NCBI GenBank assembly: GCA_046485045.1 | Contig: JAWOHT010000028.1 | Span: forward strand, 3,195 to 67,194 | DNA length: 64,000 nucleotides | Direction of reading: 5' to 3' | DNA from: Bacteroidales bacterium | Lineage (GTDB): Bacteria > Bacteroidota > Bacteroidia > Bacteroidales > UBA10428 | Shown: positions 1 through 9,769 of the stretch, in pieces | Layout: each line of letters starts with the position of its first letter | How positions within the stretch are numbered: the stretch's first letter is position 1 | Made by a program: the position numbers and the translations under genes | The notes under the pieces: generated by a model | The model's database searches: none | Told to the model about the DNA's origin: nothing | The model's input: only the letters and a program-made list of their open reading frames with translations

Positions 1-1131
1 TAGAAAACCCAGTCCCCAGCCACCCGAGGTTCTTCCCGATATTTTCGTGGCGTTGAGCAGTTGGGTTTCTGCCGGGTTGTAATCTACTTCTTCATGCTCC
101 TTTAGGTCATCATCTGCTTTATCAGAATATTTTGGTTTTCCGCCTATGCGCCTTGAATAAAAAAGGCCTGCGCGCTGAAAAAGCTCTGTACCCTCTGTAA
201 AAAACTGTCGTCTTTCGTCATAATATATCTCATAGGGTGAAAGGTTCAGTTCTTTGTCATCTGACTGTATCTGGCCAAAATCGGGTATAAGCATCACATC
301 GAGTGTAAAACTCTCACTTAGCCCGTATTTCAGGTCCATCCCACCCTTGTATAAAAAATCAGGAGTGGCTTTTCCACCCTTTTGTTCAAGATAAGTGGCA
401 ATATAAGGAGAAAACGAAAGGCGTACCGGGGGTTTTATACTCTTAATACCGGTAATTTGCCCCTGCTGATGGATGAATCCCGATATTTTACGGTCTACCA
501 GGCTCCATGAATTGTTCGAGTTATACCTTCTTATATTCCTGAACATGTTAAGTCCCCAGACATGTTCAGTTTTTTCAGGAAACCGGATGGCAGCAAACGG
601 AATGCGCATTTCAACGATCCAGCCCTCTTCGGTAATTCTCGATTTACTCTCCCAAACAGCATTCCAACTGCTTTCTTCGTTATCGTAGTCTTTATGTATG
701 GCTTTCAGGTCGGTCTGCACACCGGCAGGGGTAACAAAAAACCCGAATGCAAGCTGTCCCTCGTTATAAGGATCAATATATACACCAAAATAATCTGATA
801 CGCCTATATTATCGCGCTCTGTTAAAAAATTAAAGATGCTGTCGGGAGATGTATCGTACAACATTGCACCAACATATATGGCATTCTGATCATAGAAAAA
901 TCTTACTTCGGTCTTCTGCAACGAAGGTTGCCCGTTGTTTGGCTGTAATTGCACAAAGTCTTTTGCTGGTGCAACCTGTTGATATACCGATTCATCAAGA
1001 ATAGCGTCAATTGTAAGTGGATCTGTGATATACAGGGTCTCGACACTTTTTTTCTGTTGGGCATTAATACCCGTAAAGATGAAAAATGCAGAAAGTGAAA
1101 TCAAAAACAAAACGGGTCTTATTCTCCTCAT
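1..1131 (-). CDS. DUF5916 / CBM9-like domain outer-membrane protein, N-terminal part (runs off the window start)
   Basis: Not in the ORF track because there is no stop in the window. Translated by hand from ATG 1131: MRRIRPVLFLISLSAFFIFTGINAQQKKS...LTIDAILDE...FVQLQPNNG...YVGAMLYD...WNAVWES...GWIVEMRIPF..IRF...WGLNMFRNIRR...DLKYGL...IPDFGQIQSD...NLSPYEIYYDERRQFFTEG...LFYSRRIG. Signal peptide ends in AQ. Confidence 0.85.
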   Translation of the reverse strand, partial: MRRIRPVLFLISLSAFFIFTGINAQQKKSVETLYITDPLTIDAILDESVYQQVAPAKDFVQLQPNNGQPSLQKTEVRFFYDQNAIYVGAMLYDTSPDSIFNFLTERDNIGVSDYFGVYIDPYNEGQLAFGFFVTPAGVQTDLKAIHKDYDNEESSWNAVWESKSRITEEGWIVEMRIPFAAIRFPEKTEHVWGLNMFRNIRRYNSNNSWSLVDRKISGFIHQQGQITGIKSIKPPVRLSFSPYIATYLEQKGGKATPDFLYKGGMDLKYGLSESFTLDVMLIPDFGQIQSDDKELNLSPYEIYYDERRQFFTEGTELFQRAGLFYSRRIGGKPKYSDKADDDLKEHEEVDYNPAETQLLNATKISGRTSGGWGLGFL

Positions 1132-1302
1132 AAATAATAATAAAACTAAACGACGAATGACGATGATAAATGCTGCATGAAGATATAATAAATTGTTATA
1201 AAAAAGATAAACCTGCCGAAACATCCATACTCAAAAAAAAATTATTAACTTTTAGAAAATTTTAAGCGGATATTGAGTGATTTGTAAAAAATTAACTAAC
1301 CA

Positions 1303-2586
1303 ATGAAATACACCTTCAATTGCCCGGCCCTGATAAAAAGCATTCTGCTTACATCAATCACTTTGATTAGTATTAATACAGGTGCACAGCACAATAATGA
1401 TACAGTGAAAGCAAAAAGCCTGTACCGCCCTCCTTCATTAACACAGCAGGATACATTACCGGTTTCTGGTTCTATGCAGCTGAGAGAACAATATATCTAC
1501 GATTCAATTCAAGCCAGGATGGCCTTTGTAAAAGATTCTATTGCTCAAAGGCAACAGTTTATCAGAGATTCAATTGCAGAAAGACAACGTATCCTCGACT
1601 CATTGAATTTTCTTAAAAAGGAATTGCCGAAGTTGCTCGATGCAGCAGTTAAAACATTTAAAGAAGATATTATTATCAACCAACAGAATATCTGTATCAT
1701 AGGAGATTCCACATTATGTAACTACACCTATGATATTTTGCCCTTTAACCTTTCGCAACCATTTACCCCGTGGAAAGGGGCAATCAACTTGTCTGATGAT
1801 CCTGTTAAGATGGAATTCAGCGCCAATAACCAGATTAAATCGTTGCAGGCGCCGGGAATAACCTGTTCTTTTGTTTATGGCAATAGTGAAAACATTTTAA
1901 GGATTAATGAAAAAGCTGTGATTCTGAATAAAAGTACCGGCAAACTCTACAAAGAGCCTTTCGACACGGTATTCTTCGACACAAGGGGCAGGGTTGCAAA
2001 AATAAAGCGCTATATCCATTTTTCCCAGGCAAGCGATAATTACAGAAAAGGAGCTTCATTGTTTATGCACCTTACCCAGGTAAAGCAATTTGATTATGGC
2101 GCAGATAACCAGGTTACCAAAATACAGGTGGTAAATTTCTGCGACAGATGGAGCGCGGGCGCAGAACATAAAATATGCAATATTGTTACCTATTCGTTTA
2201 ATAAACAATTAAATAAATATAATATCACAAGAAAAAACGATCCGGCGAACAACTATTCAGATGGTACCTTCACCCTGGAATACGATGCATCTGAAAATCT
2301 CAAAAGCCTCTCATTTATTAATTCCGGTAAATCTGAAAACTGGAAAACTCATGTGGAACTAAATAAAGAAGGTAATGTAAAAAGATACCTGTACGAGATA
2401 AACGGTAAAATAAACCAGTCCCTTGACTTTAACTATTACCTTAACGATACCAACGCCAAATACCCGGTAGAACAGATAAAATGTACTTTCGAAGATGACG
2501 GAATAAGCTATTACCAGATGAACACCACTACCGGCAAAAGCCGCACACGCGATAAAATGACAGGCGAATGGAGCCCGTGGCGGTAA
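1303..2586 (+). CDS. secreted hypothetical protein with an N-terminal 11-residue-repeat coiled coil
   Basis: 427-aa ORF with a signal peptide (..NTGAQ), four xxxDS[I/L] repeats at residues about 60-101 and a beta-rich C-terminal half. Confidence 0.75.
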   Translation: MKYTFNCPALIKSILLTSITLISINTGAQHNNDTVKAKSLYRPPSLTQQDTLPVSGSMQLREQYIYDSIQARMAFVKDSIAQRQQFIRDSIAERQRILDSLNFLKKELPKLLDAAVKTFKEDIIINQQNICIIGDSTLCNYTYDILPFNLSQPFTPWKGAINLSDDPVKMEFSANNQIKSLQAPGITCSFVYGNSENILRINEKAVILNKSTGKLYKEPFDTVFFDTRGRVAKIKRYIHFSQASDNYRKGASLFMHLTQVKQFDYGADNQVTKIQVVNFCDRWSAGAEHKICNIVTYSFNKQLNKYNITRKNDPANNYSDGTFTLEYDASENLKSLSFINSGKSENWKTHVELNKEGNVKRYLYEINGKINQSLDFNYYLNDTNAKYPVEQIKCTFEDDGISYYQMNTTTGKSRTRDKMTGEWSPWR

Positions 2587-2649
2587 GAAACCTTATACCC
2601 GGCATGAAGAAATAAAAGCAGATTAGCCTGAAAAAATCTATACAAAAGC

Positions 2650-3114
2650 ATGACATCAAGAGAACTGTCAAATCCTTATATTATTATCAACCTGACATTT
2701 ATCGTGATATTATTACTATTATTCCTCTATTTCCTTATATATTCACCAGAATCAAAGTATCCTGTAAATTCAAATTACTCGGTACTCACCGGTAAAGAAA
2801 GCATCAGCAGCGGTTTGTCACGCAGCTTTTCTTCAGCTTTAAGATTTGAATTCAAAGAAGCAAAAGACCATAACCCTTATGGAATAAGGATATTTGGTTT
2901 CTTCTTCATTCAACTCGTTCTGAGAACGATATTTGTCATTACCGCTCTTAAAACAGATAAAAATACCGGGTTAATAACACTGGCCGATGTTATAATATCA
3001 TTGTCTTTGTTTGCTGTATGTTTCAGCCCGTTTATAATCGAAGCTTTCGGCAAAATCACCGGTGCATGGTTCATCTTCATTTTTATTGAAAGGTACCCAA
3101 AAACGATTTTATAA
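2650..3114 (+). CDS. DUF2752-like membrane protein
   Basis: Three hydrophobic segments and the motif 'SSGLSRSFSSALR..F.EA...NPYGIRIF.FF.IQL', which resembles Bacteroidales DUF2752 proteins but lacks the usual Cys residues. Confidence 0.6.
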   Translation: MTSRELSNPYIIINLTFIVILLLLFLYFLIYSPESKYPVNSNYSVLTGKESISSGLSRSFSSALRFEFKEAKDHNPYGIRIFGFFFIQLVLRTIFVITALKTDKNTGLITLADVIISLSLFAVCFSPFIIEAFGKITGAWFIFIFIERYPKTIL

Positions 3115-3125
3115 CGAGGTAAACC

Positions 3126-3251
3126 TCATCTTTTAAAAATCAATGCCCCTGCACCCATGAAAATAGCGAGCCAGATAAGCCCTTTTATCAGGAAAAAAAG
3201 AAATCCGATGATTCCAAATCTTTTAAGCCACAGCAGAATTTTCTGTTTCAT
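3126..3251 (-). CDS. small 41-aa membrane protein (GFLFFLIKGLxWL family)
   Basis: Hand-translated MKQKILLWLKRFGIIGFLFFLIKGLIWLAIFMGAGALIFKR*, ATG at 3251 and TGA at 3126-3128. Below the ORF-track length cutoff. The motif is recalled as a conserved small Bacteroidota protein. Confidence 0.7.
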   Translation of the reverse strand: MKQKILLWLKRFGIIGFLFFLIKGLIWLAIFMGAGALIFKR

Positions 3252-3309
3252 TCTGTCAGAATTGTATAAGTTTTAAATAGTGATTCAAAGAAAACCCTTC
3301 TTTTTCAGA

Positions 3310-3434
3310 AGTGGCTTCTAAGAAAGCGTCAAGAACAAGGCATGCGAGCCTTGAAAGTCAGGAGTTTACTTAAGTAAGTGACCGACTTGAAAGACGAGCA
3401 TAACGCAGTAACTGGCGTTTTCTTAGAAGCCACT
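3310..3434. mobile_element. ERIC/IRU-like miniature inverted-repeat element (125 bp)
   Basis: 22-bp terminal inverted repeats with 2 mismatches (AGTGGCTTCTAAGAAAGCGTCA at 3310-3331 and TGGCGTTTTCTTAGAAGCCACT at 3413-3434), TATA on the right flank, and a central CAGGAGTTTACTTAAGTAAGTGAC (3359-3382) versus the ERIC core CAGGAGCTTACATAAGTAAGTGAC. Confidence 0.75.
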
Positions 3435-3470
3435 ATATATGCTTTTAAAACCAGTATAAATGGTTTTTGT

Positions 3471-4319
3471 TTAGAGAAGCTCATCGGGATGGTTACCTGT
3501 ATCTTTTATCCTTATCCCTTTGTCGGTAAGTTGCAAGGTACAGCATGGTGTGTAGAGGTCGTGTTCAAAAAACAGGATATAATTGTATTCAACTGCTTCA
3601 TTTAAAAACGCTTCTTTTTCATTGAAAGAAATCAACGGCCGGGTATCATAGCCACAGACCCACGACAGGGGAATATGGGCAGTCGTAGGCAATAAATCGG
3701 CGACAAAAACCACCGTACGGTTTCTGTATTTAATATATGGCACCGCCAATGCATTGGTGTGGCCATTGTACAGCCTTATTACGATATTTGGTGAAAGAGT
3801 GAAATTATTTTCAAAAAATCTGAGCTGACCCGATTCCTTTAGGGGCAAGATGTTCTCCTTAAGAAAAGATGCCGCTTCCCTGGGATTAGGGTTCATGGCC
3901 CACTCCCACTGACCCCTGCTGCACCAGTAAACAGCGTTTGGAAAGGTGGTATTGAAAGATTTTTCTTCACTGTTATATTCAACAGCTCCCCCGCAATGGT
4001 CAAAATGAAGGTGGGTTAGAATTACATCAGTGATATCCTGTCTGCCCAAACCATATTCAGTAAGAGATGTCTCAAGAGATTCGCTTCCATTAAGATAATA
4101 ATACCCGAAGAACTTCTCATCCTGTTTTTTCCCAATACCGGTATCAATTAATATCTTTCGATCATCTTCTTCTACCAGCATCGGTGTCATTGAAAGATTG
4201 CACAAGTTGTTTCCGTCGGCCGGATATTTTTTCTGCCAGAGCAACTTGGGTACCACCCCAAACATAGCGCCTCCATCGAGTTTAAAATTACCGGAAGGGA
4301 TTAAACGAATTGTCATCAT
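3471..4319 (-). CDS. MBL-fold metallo-hydrolase (YtnP-like)
   Basis: FKLDGGAMFGVVPK, LIDTG, THLHFDHCGG (HxHxDH), GHT and FEHD motifs. Confidence 0.9.
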   Translation of the reverse strand: MMTIRLIPSGNFKLDGGAMFGVVPKLLWQKKYPADGNNLCNLSMTPMLVEEDDRKILIDTGIGKKQDEKFFGYYYLNGSESLETSLTEYGLGRQDITDVILTHLHFDHCGGAVEYNSEEKSFNTTFPNAVYWCSRGQWEWAMNPNPREAASFLKENILPLKESGQLRFFENNFTLSPNIVIRLYNGHTNALAVPYIKYRNRTVVFVADLLPTTAHIPLSWVCGYDTRPLISFNEKEAFLNEAVEYNYILFFEHDLYTPCCTLQLTDKGIRIKDTGNHPDELL

Positions 4320-4490
4320 CTTTTTGCCTGCTAAAATAAGTAAAAGTCATTGATTAATGAAAGCCTTTATCGCTGCATTGATTGGTATGATTCATGCTTA
4401 GAATAAAATCGGGCTGTTTGTAACTTATTGCCTATATGTTTACTATTTCTGCCCTAATAATGTATTTTCACCGCTGCGAAATTAAAAAAT

Positions 4491-5843
4491 ATGAAATTCC
4501 ATTTTATAGCCATTGGCGGTGCTGCCATGCACAATATTGCCATTGCCCTTCATCATCAGGGACATATAGTCACCGGATCGGATGATGAAATCTATGAGCC
4601 TTCCAGATCAAGGCTTTCAGCTCATGGCCTGCTTCCAGAAAAACAGGGGTGGTACCCCGATAAGATTACTCAAAATATTGATACCGTAATACTTGGCATG
4701 CACGCAAGGACAGATAACCCCGAACTCATGCAAGCACAACAGCTTGGATTAAAAATATATTCATTTCCGGAGTTTCTTTATGAGCAGACAAAAAACAAGA
4801 AACGGGTAGTGGTTGGCGGAAGCCACGGCAAAACTACCATTACATCAATGATCATGCATGTGTTGAAAAACTGCAATGTAAAATTTGATTATATGGTTGG
4901 TTCGCAGGTACAGGGTTTCGATACCATGGCCGGAATTTCAGAAGAAACAGACATTGCAGTATTTGAAGGAGATGAATACCTTGCCTCGCCTGTTGACCCA
5001 CGGCCGAAATTCCACCTCTACAAGCCTCACATAGCAGTAATAAGCGGCATTGCCTGGGACCACATCAATGTTTTTCCAACCTTTGAAAACTATTGCGGGC
5101 AGTTTAGAATTTTCGCCGAAAAAATCGAAGAAAACGGTTCGTTGATATATTTCAACGAAGATAAGAATATTGCAAAAATTGTTGCGTCGCTCAGACCAGA
5201 TATCCAAAAGATTCCATATTCAACTCATGCTTTCGTGATTGAAGAGGGCAAAACCCATCTTTATTACAAAAAACTTAAAATTCAAACAGCTGTTTTCGGT
5301 AAACATAATATGCAAAATATTAGTGCTGCCCTGAATGTTTGCATGCAAATCGGTATTCGTGAAACTGATTTTTACAAAGCAATCAGTTCTTTCAGGGGCG
5401 CAAATAAAAGGCTTCAGTTACTTTCAGAAAAAGAAAACTGTGCGGTATTTCTTGATTTTGCCCATTCACCCTCTAAACTTAAGGCAACCATCGAAGCAGT
5501 AAAAAGCCAGTTTCCAGACCGCAAGCTGCTGGCATGCATGGAATTGCATACTTTTAGCAGTCTTACAGAGAATTTTCTTGATGAATACAAAAATTCTATG
5601 CAGCAGGCAGATGAAAAAGTAATCTTTTATAACCCTGCTACCATTGAACATAAAGGATTAAATAAATTGTCGCACGAAAAAATAAAAAGCGCTTTCGGCG
5701 ATGCCACCATCAGGGTTTTTGATGAAGATCATTTGTTGAAAGCGTTTTTATTTAGCAATAGCTGGAAAGGATACACAATTCTGCTGATGAGCTCGGGAAA
5801 TTTTTCAAATATTGACTTCCGGGAACTGATCAACAGAATATAG
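4491..5843 (+). CDS. mpl: Mur ligase, Mpl-like murein peptide ligase
   Basis: HFIAIGGAAM, GSHGKTT P-loop, EGDEY, WDH and DFAHSP motifs. Confidence 0.8.
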   Translation: MKFHFIAIGGAAMHNIAIALHHQGHIVTGSDDEIYEPSRSRLSAHGLLPEKQGWYPDKITQNIDTVILGMHARTDNPELMQAQQLGLKIYSFPEFLYEQTKNKKRVVVGGSHGKTTITSMIMHVLKNCNVKFDYMVGSQVQGFDTMAGISEETDIAVFEGDEYLASPVDPRPKFHLYKPHIAVISGIAWDHINVFPTFENYCGQFRIFAEKIEENGSLIYFNEDKNIAKIVASLRPDIQKIPYSTHAFVIEEGKTHLYYKKLKIQTAVFGKHNMQNISAALNVCMQIGIRETDFYKAISSFRGANKRLQLLSEKENCAVFLDFAHSPSKLKATIEAVKSQFPDRKLLACMELHTFSSLTENFLDEYKNSMQQADEKVIFYNPATIEHKGLNKLSHEKIKSAFGDATIRVFDEDHLLKAFLFSNSWKGYTILLMSSGNFSNIDFRELINRI

Positions 5844-5858
5844 TTAACCTTTTTTTAC

Positions 5859-5866
5859 TATATTTG
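5859..5866 (+). promoter_or_regulatory. Bacteroidota sigma-A -7 box TATATTTG
   Basis: Matches TAnnTTTG, 25 nt upstream of ATG 5892. Confidence 0.55.
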
Positions 5867-5891
5867 AAATGAATAACTAACCTGCAAGAAA

Positions 5892-6449
5892 ATGGAAATA
5901 AAAGGATCTGCTGTAAAATCAATTGTTGAATACATTAAGAAGAATCATCCTGACAGGTATCAGGAATGGATGGTAAACCTGCCGGAAAAGTCTAAAAAGA
6001 TATTCTCAGAACCTGTTTTACCATCAAACTGGTACCCGGTTGAAGAAGCCGCCGTTATTCCTACACAACATCTTGCCCATATGTTTTTTAAGAGCGATAC
6101 TGCAACAGGGGCATGGCAGGCAGGCCGTTTCAGCGCCGAATTGGCACTTACCGGTATTTATAAATTCTTTGTCATGGCAGCCTCACCACATTTCATTATC
6201 AGCAAGGCAAGCAAGATTCTTTCTACCTATTACAGGCCCGGTGACCTGCATGTTGTGCAGAAAGGGGACAAATGGGTAATGGTTCATTTCTCAAATTTTG
6301 AATCGGCCAGCAAAGTAGTCGAAAATCGCATATGCGGCTGGATAGAACGCGCACTTGAAATATCCGGGGCTAAAGAAGTACAGGTAAATATTCGTAAATC
6401 GGTAACCAAAGGCGATGAGTTAACCGAATTGTATATGACCTGGAATTAA
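5892..6449 (+). CDS. hypothetical protein, DUF2378 / V4R / H-NOX-like small-ligand-binding fold
   Basis: N-terminal 'EIKGSAV', 'WYP', 'GRFSAE.AL.GIYK.F' and 'GWIERALE.SGAK' pattern. Confidence 0.55.
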   Translation: MEIKGSAVKSIVEYIKKNHPDRYQEWMVNLPEKSKKIFSEPVLPSNWYPVEEAAVIPTQHLAHMFFKSDTATGAWQAGRFSAELALTGIYKFFVMAASPHFIISKASKILSTYYRPGDLHVVQKGDKWVMVHFSNFESASKVVENRICGWIERALEISGAKEVQVNIRKSVTKGDELTELYMTWN

Positions 6450-6453
6450 AACG

Positions 6454-7074
6454 CTAACAGATTTCTGAATAATTCAGGTTGGTCGAAGAGAATGCGATAC
6501 CAAACCGTTTTGTGACAAAATCCATCAGGGTAGGAAAGAATGCAAGAAACTCTTCCTCAATAAAATCATACTCCTCCCTGAAAATTTTAATGGCATTCTT
6601 GGTCTTATCGGGCAAAGATGTACGTTTAGACATTTTGTCAAGGACAATTTCTATGCCTTCGATAGATTTATAGGTATTAAGCCAGTTGTTATTTATAAAC
6701 GATGGAATAAACGACTGTACCTCTTCGGGGAGAATTTTAAAACTTCTCATCAATATGGCATGTATTTCATCCACAAATTGTTCAAGGTTGGCACCTGAGT
6801 ATAAATTCCATTTTAATGCCAGGTAATGATCGTACAGAATATCAATGATAATTCCGGCATATTTGCCATAAACAGATGCAAACCTTGATTTACTTGCCCG
6901 TGCAATCCTATTGGTATCGGTAAACATATCAATATTACGGTGCATAAGAATACCCTTCTTAATATTCTCGGAATAGTTATTGAAATTATGCCCCTTCACA
7001 TAATCCCCGATAAAATTTCCGATAATAACCTCTTCGTCATTCCCTGAAAGAAAAAGATGGGCAAGATAATTCAT
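6454..7074 (-). CDS. acpH: acyl carrier protein phosphodiesterase
   Basis: MNYLAHLFLS, GNFIGDYVKG, HRxID.FTD and D..YDH motifs. Confidence 0.9.
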   Translation of the reverse strand: MNYLAHLFLSGNDEEVIIGNFIGDYVKGHNFNNYSENIKKGILMHRNIDMFTDTNRIARASKSRFASVYGKYAGIIIDILYDHYLALKWNLYSGANLEQFVDEIHAILMRSFKILPEEVQSFIPSFINNNWLNTYKSIEGIEIVLDKMSKRTSLPDKTKNAIKIFREEYDFIEEEFLAFFPTLMDFVTKRFGIAFSSTNLNYSEIC

Positions 7075-7295
7075 CAGACACTGTAATTATTATAAGACTA
7101 ACGCGTAAAATTAGTTTTACTTTTTGGTTTAAAAAAATCCAATTGTCATTCAAACAATTGTTTCTTTTGCCCAAAAGACTGAATAATCACTTGTTATACT
7201 AATGACACAGGAGATATGGGGTGATGTGAATTATTTAACAATTTTTAACCAGATTGATTCAAAAAAAATTTCAACCTGCATGATGCACCGGTTTT

Positions 7296-8645
7296 TTATT
7301 GCTCTAATCTCTTTTTGATTATCGCCGAGTCTGATTCAAAACCCGGTTTATCCAGAAGTGCAAACATATTTTTCTTATAAGCTTCAACACCAGGCTGGTT
7401 AAACGGGTTTACATCAAGCAGGTAACCGCTTATACCGCAGGCTATCTCAAAAAAGTACATTAATTGCCCGATGTAATATTCGTTCAGGACCGGGATAAGA
7501 ACCTGTATGTTCGGAACACCTCCGTCAATATGGGCAAACATGGTTCCCAGCTCTGCCATCTTGTTCACCTCATCAATTCTTTTACCGGCAAGAAAATTCA
7601 GACCGTCCAGATTATCTTTATCCCCTGGTATTTCAAGTCTGTTCTTAGGCGATTTAACCGAAATAACGGTTTCCATCAAAATACGTTCTCCCTCCTGTAT
7701 GTATTGCCCCATAGAATGCAGATCGGATGTAAGGTCAATGCTTGCCGGGAAAATTCCCTTACCCTCTTTGCCTTCACTTTCACCATACAACTGTTTCCAC
7801 CACTCGGCAAGATAATGGAGCTTATTTTCAAAGTTGGCCAGTATTTCAACTTTCTTTCCTTTTCTGTAAAGCAAATATCTTGTTGCGGCATACAATGCAG
7901 CCGGATTGACCTCAAACTTAACCCCGGGCGATGTTAGCGCCTGCATATCTTTTGCGCCTTTTACCAGAGAACGGATATCAAAACCTGCGATAGCCAGCGG
8001 AACCAATCCCACCGGGGTCAAAACCGAATAACGACCGCCAATGTCATCTGGTATTATGTATGATTTGTATCCCTCATCGTCGGCCATTTTGCGAAGCGCG
8101 CCTTTCTTTTCGTCGGTGACAGCGATAATAAAGTTCCTGGCTTCATCTCTGCCCACCTTTTCTTCAAGATGTTGTTTAAGAATTCTGAAAGCAATGGCCG
8201 GCTCGGTTGTCGTGCCTGATTTTGAAATTACTACAATGGCATATCTCTTGTGATCGAGTATCTCGAGCAATTCGGTAAGATAGTCTTCACCAAGGTTATG
8301 TCCGGCATAAATAATCTGAGGATTGTTGTTTTTTTCTTTCAGAAACTCAAACGAATGTGCCAGGGCTTCTGATACAGCACGTGTTCCCAGATAAGACCCC
8401 CCGATACCGATCACAACAACAAGATCAATTCTTGTTCTTATAACCCTTGCCGTATTCTCAATATCGTTCATCTCTGCGCCGCTAATTTGCGATGGCAGGT
8501 TTACCCAGCCAAGAAAATCGTTCCCTTTACCGGATTTTTCGTATAAACTGCTGAGGCTGGCAAGGGCATTGGCCCGGAGGCTGAATATTTCTTCCTTACC
8601 CACGAAACCAAAAACTTTGTCAATTTTAATCTTAAGATTTTCCAT
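7296..8645 (-). CDS. pgi: glucose-6-phosphate isomerase
   Basis: [39 protein letters not shown] and [12 protein letters not shown] motifs. Confidence 0.97.
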   Translation of the reverse strand: MENLKIKIDKVFGFVGKEEIFSLRANALASLSSLYEKSGKGNDFLGWVNLPSQISGAEMNDIENTARVIRTRIDLVVVIGIGGSYLGTRAVSEALAHSFEFLKEKNNNPQIIYAGHNLGEDYLTELLEILDHKRYAIVVISKSGTTTEPAIAFRILKQHLEEKVGRDEARNFIIAVTDEKKGALRKMADDEGYKSYIIPDDIGGRYSVLTPVGLVPLAIAGFDIRSLVKGAKDMQALTSPGVKFEVNPAALYAATRYLLYRKGKKVEILANFENKLHYLAEWWKQLYGESEGKEGKGIFPASIDLTSDLHSMGQYIQEGERILMETVISVKSPKNRLEIPGDKDNLDGLNFLAGKRIDEVNKMAELGTMFAHIDGGVPNIQVLIPVLNEYYIGQLMYFFEIACGISGYLLDVNPFNQPGVEAYKKNMFALLDKPGFESDSAIIKKRLEQ

Positions 8646-8665
8646 ATGGGTTAGATTCTGGTTTG

Positions 8666-9661
8666 CTATTTTAAATTTTCCGACAGCAGTTTAATCTCCA
8701 GTGCCGGTGATATTCTGTCATTTACAATATGATATACCGCGTCAAGAATTGGCATGCGCACATTGTATACCTTATTTATCTCTTTTATGCAGGCAATGGC
8801 ATGGTAACCTTCGGCAATCATGTTCATTTCGAGTTGTGCCGATTTAACAGAATAACCCTTCCCGATCATTGTTCCAAAAGTCCTGTTTCTTGAGAATTGT
8901 GAATAGGAAGTTACCAGCAAATCGCCCAGATAAGCCGAACTGTTGACTTTTCTTTTGCTTTTATAGGTATTATCAAGAAACCTCTTGATCTCCTGGCTGG
9001 CATTTGAAATCAACACGGCAAGAAAGTTATCGCCATAGCCGAGCCCGTGGCATATGCCGGCAGCTATTGCCATAATATTTTTGAGTACGGCAGCATATTC
9101 TATCCCGTAAATATCTTTTGAACTTTTTACTTTCACATAATTACAGCGAAGCAGAATGGCAAGCTCCTCAGCCTCAGATTTTGTGGCCGAAGCAACCGTA
9201 AGGTATGAGAGGCGTTCAAGGGCAATCTCCTCTGCATGGCAAGGCCCGGAAATGATGCCTATATTTTTAAAAGGGACTCCATATACCTGGTTAAAAAATT
9301 CGGCTACAGTGAGGTTCAACTGAGGTATGATACCTTTAATGGCCGAGACAATAAACTTATTTTCAAATACCAGGCGATGCTTATCAAGAGAATCTTTTAA
9401 AAAAGGTGAAGGAACCGCGAAAACTATTACATCTGAATTTTCAATAATTTCAGGCAAGTTGTTATAAAACCTGATCTTATCTGTATTTAACCCTATCGAA
9501 CTAACGTATTTCGGATTATGATGGTATTTCTTTATGTAATCTATAGTGTCGGTGTCGCGCAGGTACCATTTGATTTCATCAAGGTTGTTAAGAAAAATTT
9601 TCATGAGTGCAGTTGCCCAGCTCCCACTTCCAATTACTGCTACTCTATGAGTTTTTTCCAT
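8666..9661 (-). CDS. gpsA: NAD(P)H-dependent glycerol-3-phosphate dehydrogenase
   Basis: GSGSWATA Rossmann loop, [17 protein letters not shown] and SRNR motifs. ATG at 9661 chosen over the upstream GTG. Confidence 0.95.
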   Translation of the reverse strand: MEKTHRVAVIGSGSWATALMKIFLNNLDEIKWYLRDTDTIDYIKKYHHNPKYVSSIGLNTDKIRFYNNLPEIIENSDVIVFAVPSPFLKDSLDKHRLVFENKFIVSAIKGIIPQLNLTVAEFFNQVYGVPFKNIGIISGPCHAEEIALERLSYLTVASATKSEAEELAILLRCNYVKVKSSKDIYGIEYAAVLKNIMAIAAGICHGLGYGDNFLAVLISNASQEIKRFLDNTYKSKRKVNSSAYLGDLLVTSYSQFSRNRTFGTMIGKGYSVKSAQLEMNMIAEGYHAIACIKEINKVYNVRMPILDAVYHIVNDRISPALEIKLLSENLK

Positions 9662-9769
9662 CGACACAGGTTTTAAGGCAACAAAAATAGTGTTTAATTT
9701 AAGAAATAGAAAACTTATGATGCACTAACACTTATCTGCTGGCAAATACCCCTTTGCCCTTATGAAACG

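Noticed and set aside
473-798. Two plus-strand ORFs of 71 and 78 aa
   Set aside because: They are antisense shadows of the long minus-strand DUF5916-like frame.
1143-1178. ECF-sigma-like promoter upstream of the DUF5916 gene (minus strand TGCAGC...CGTC)
   Set aside because: Plausible but too short and degenerate to support without a cognate sigma factor or a second copy.
3378-3605. 75-aa plus-strand ORF starting inside the ERIC-like element
   Set aside because: It has a GTG start within the repeat, is antisense to the MBL hydrolase and has no recognisable motif.
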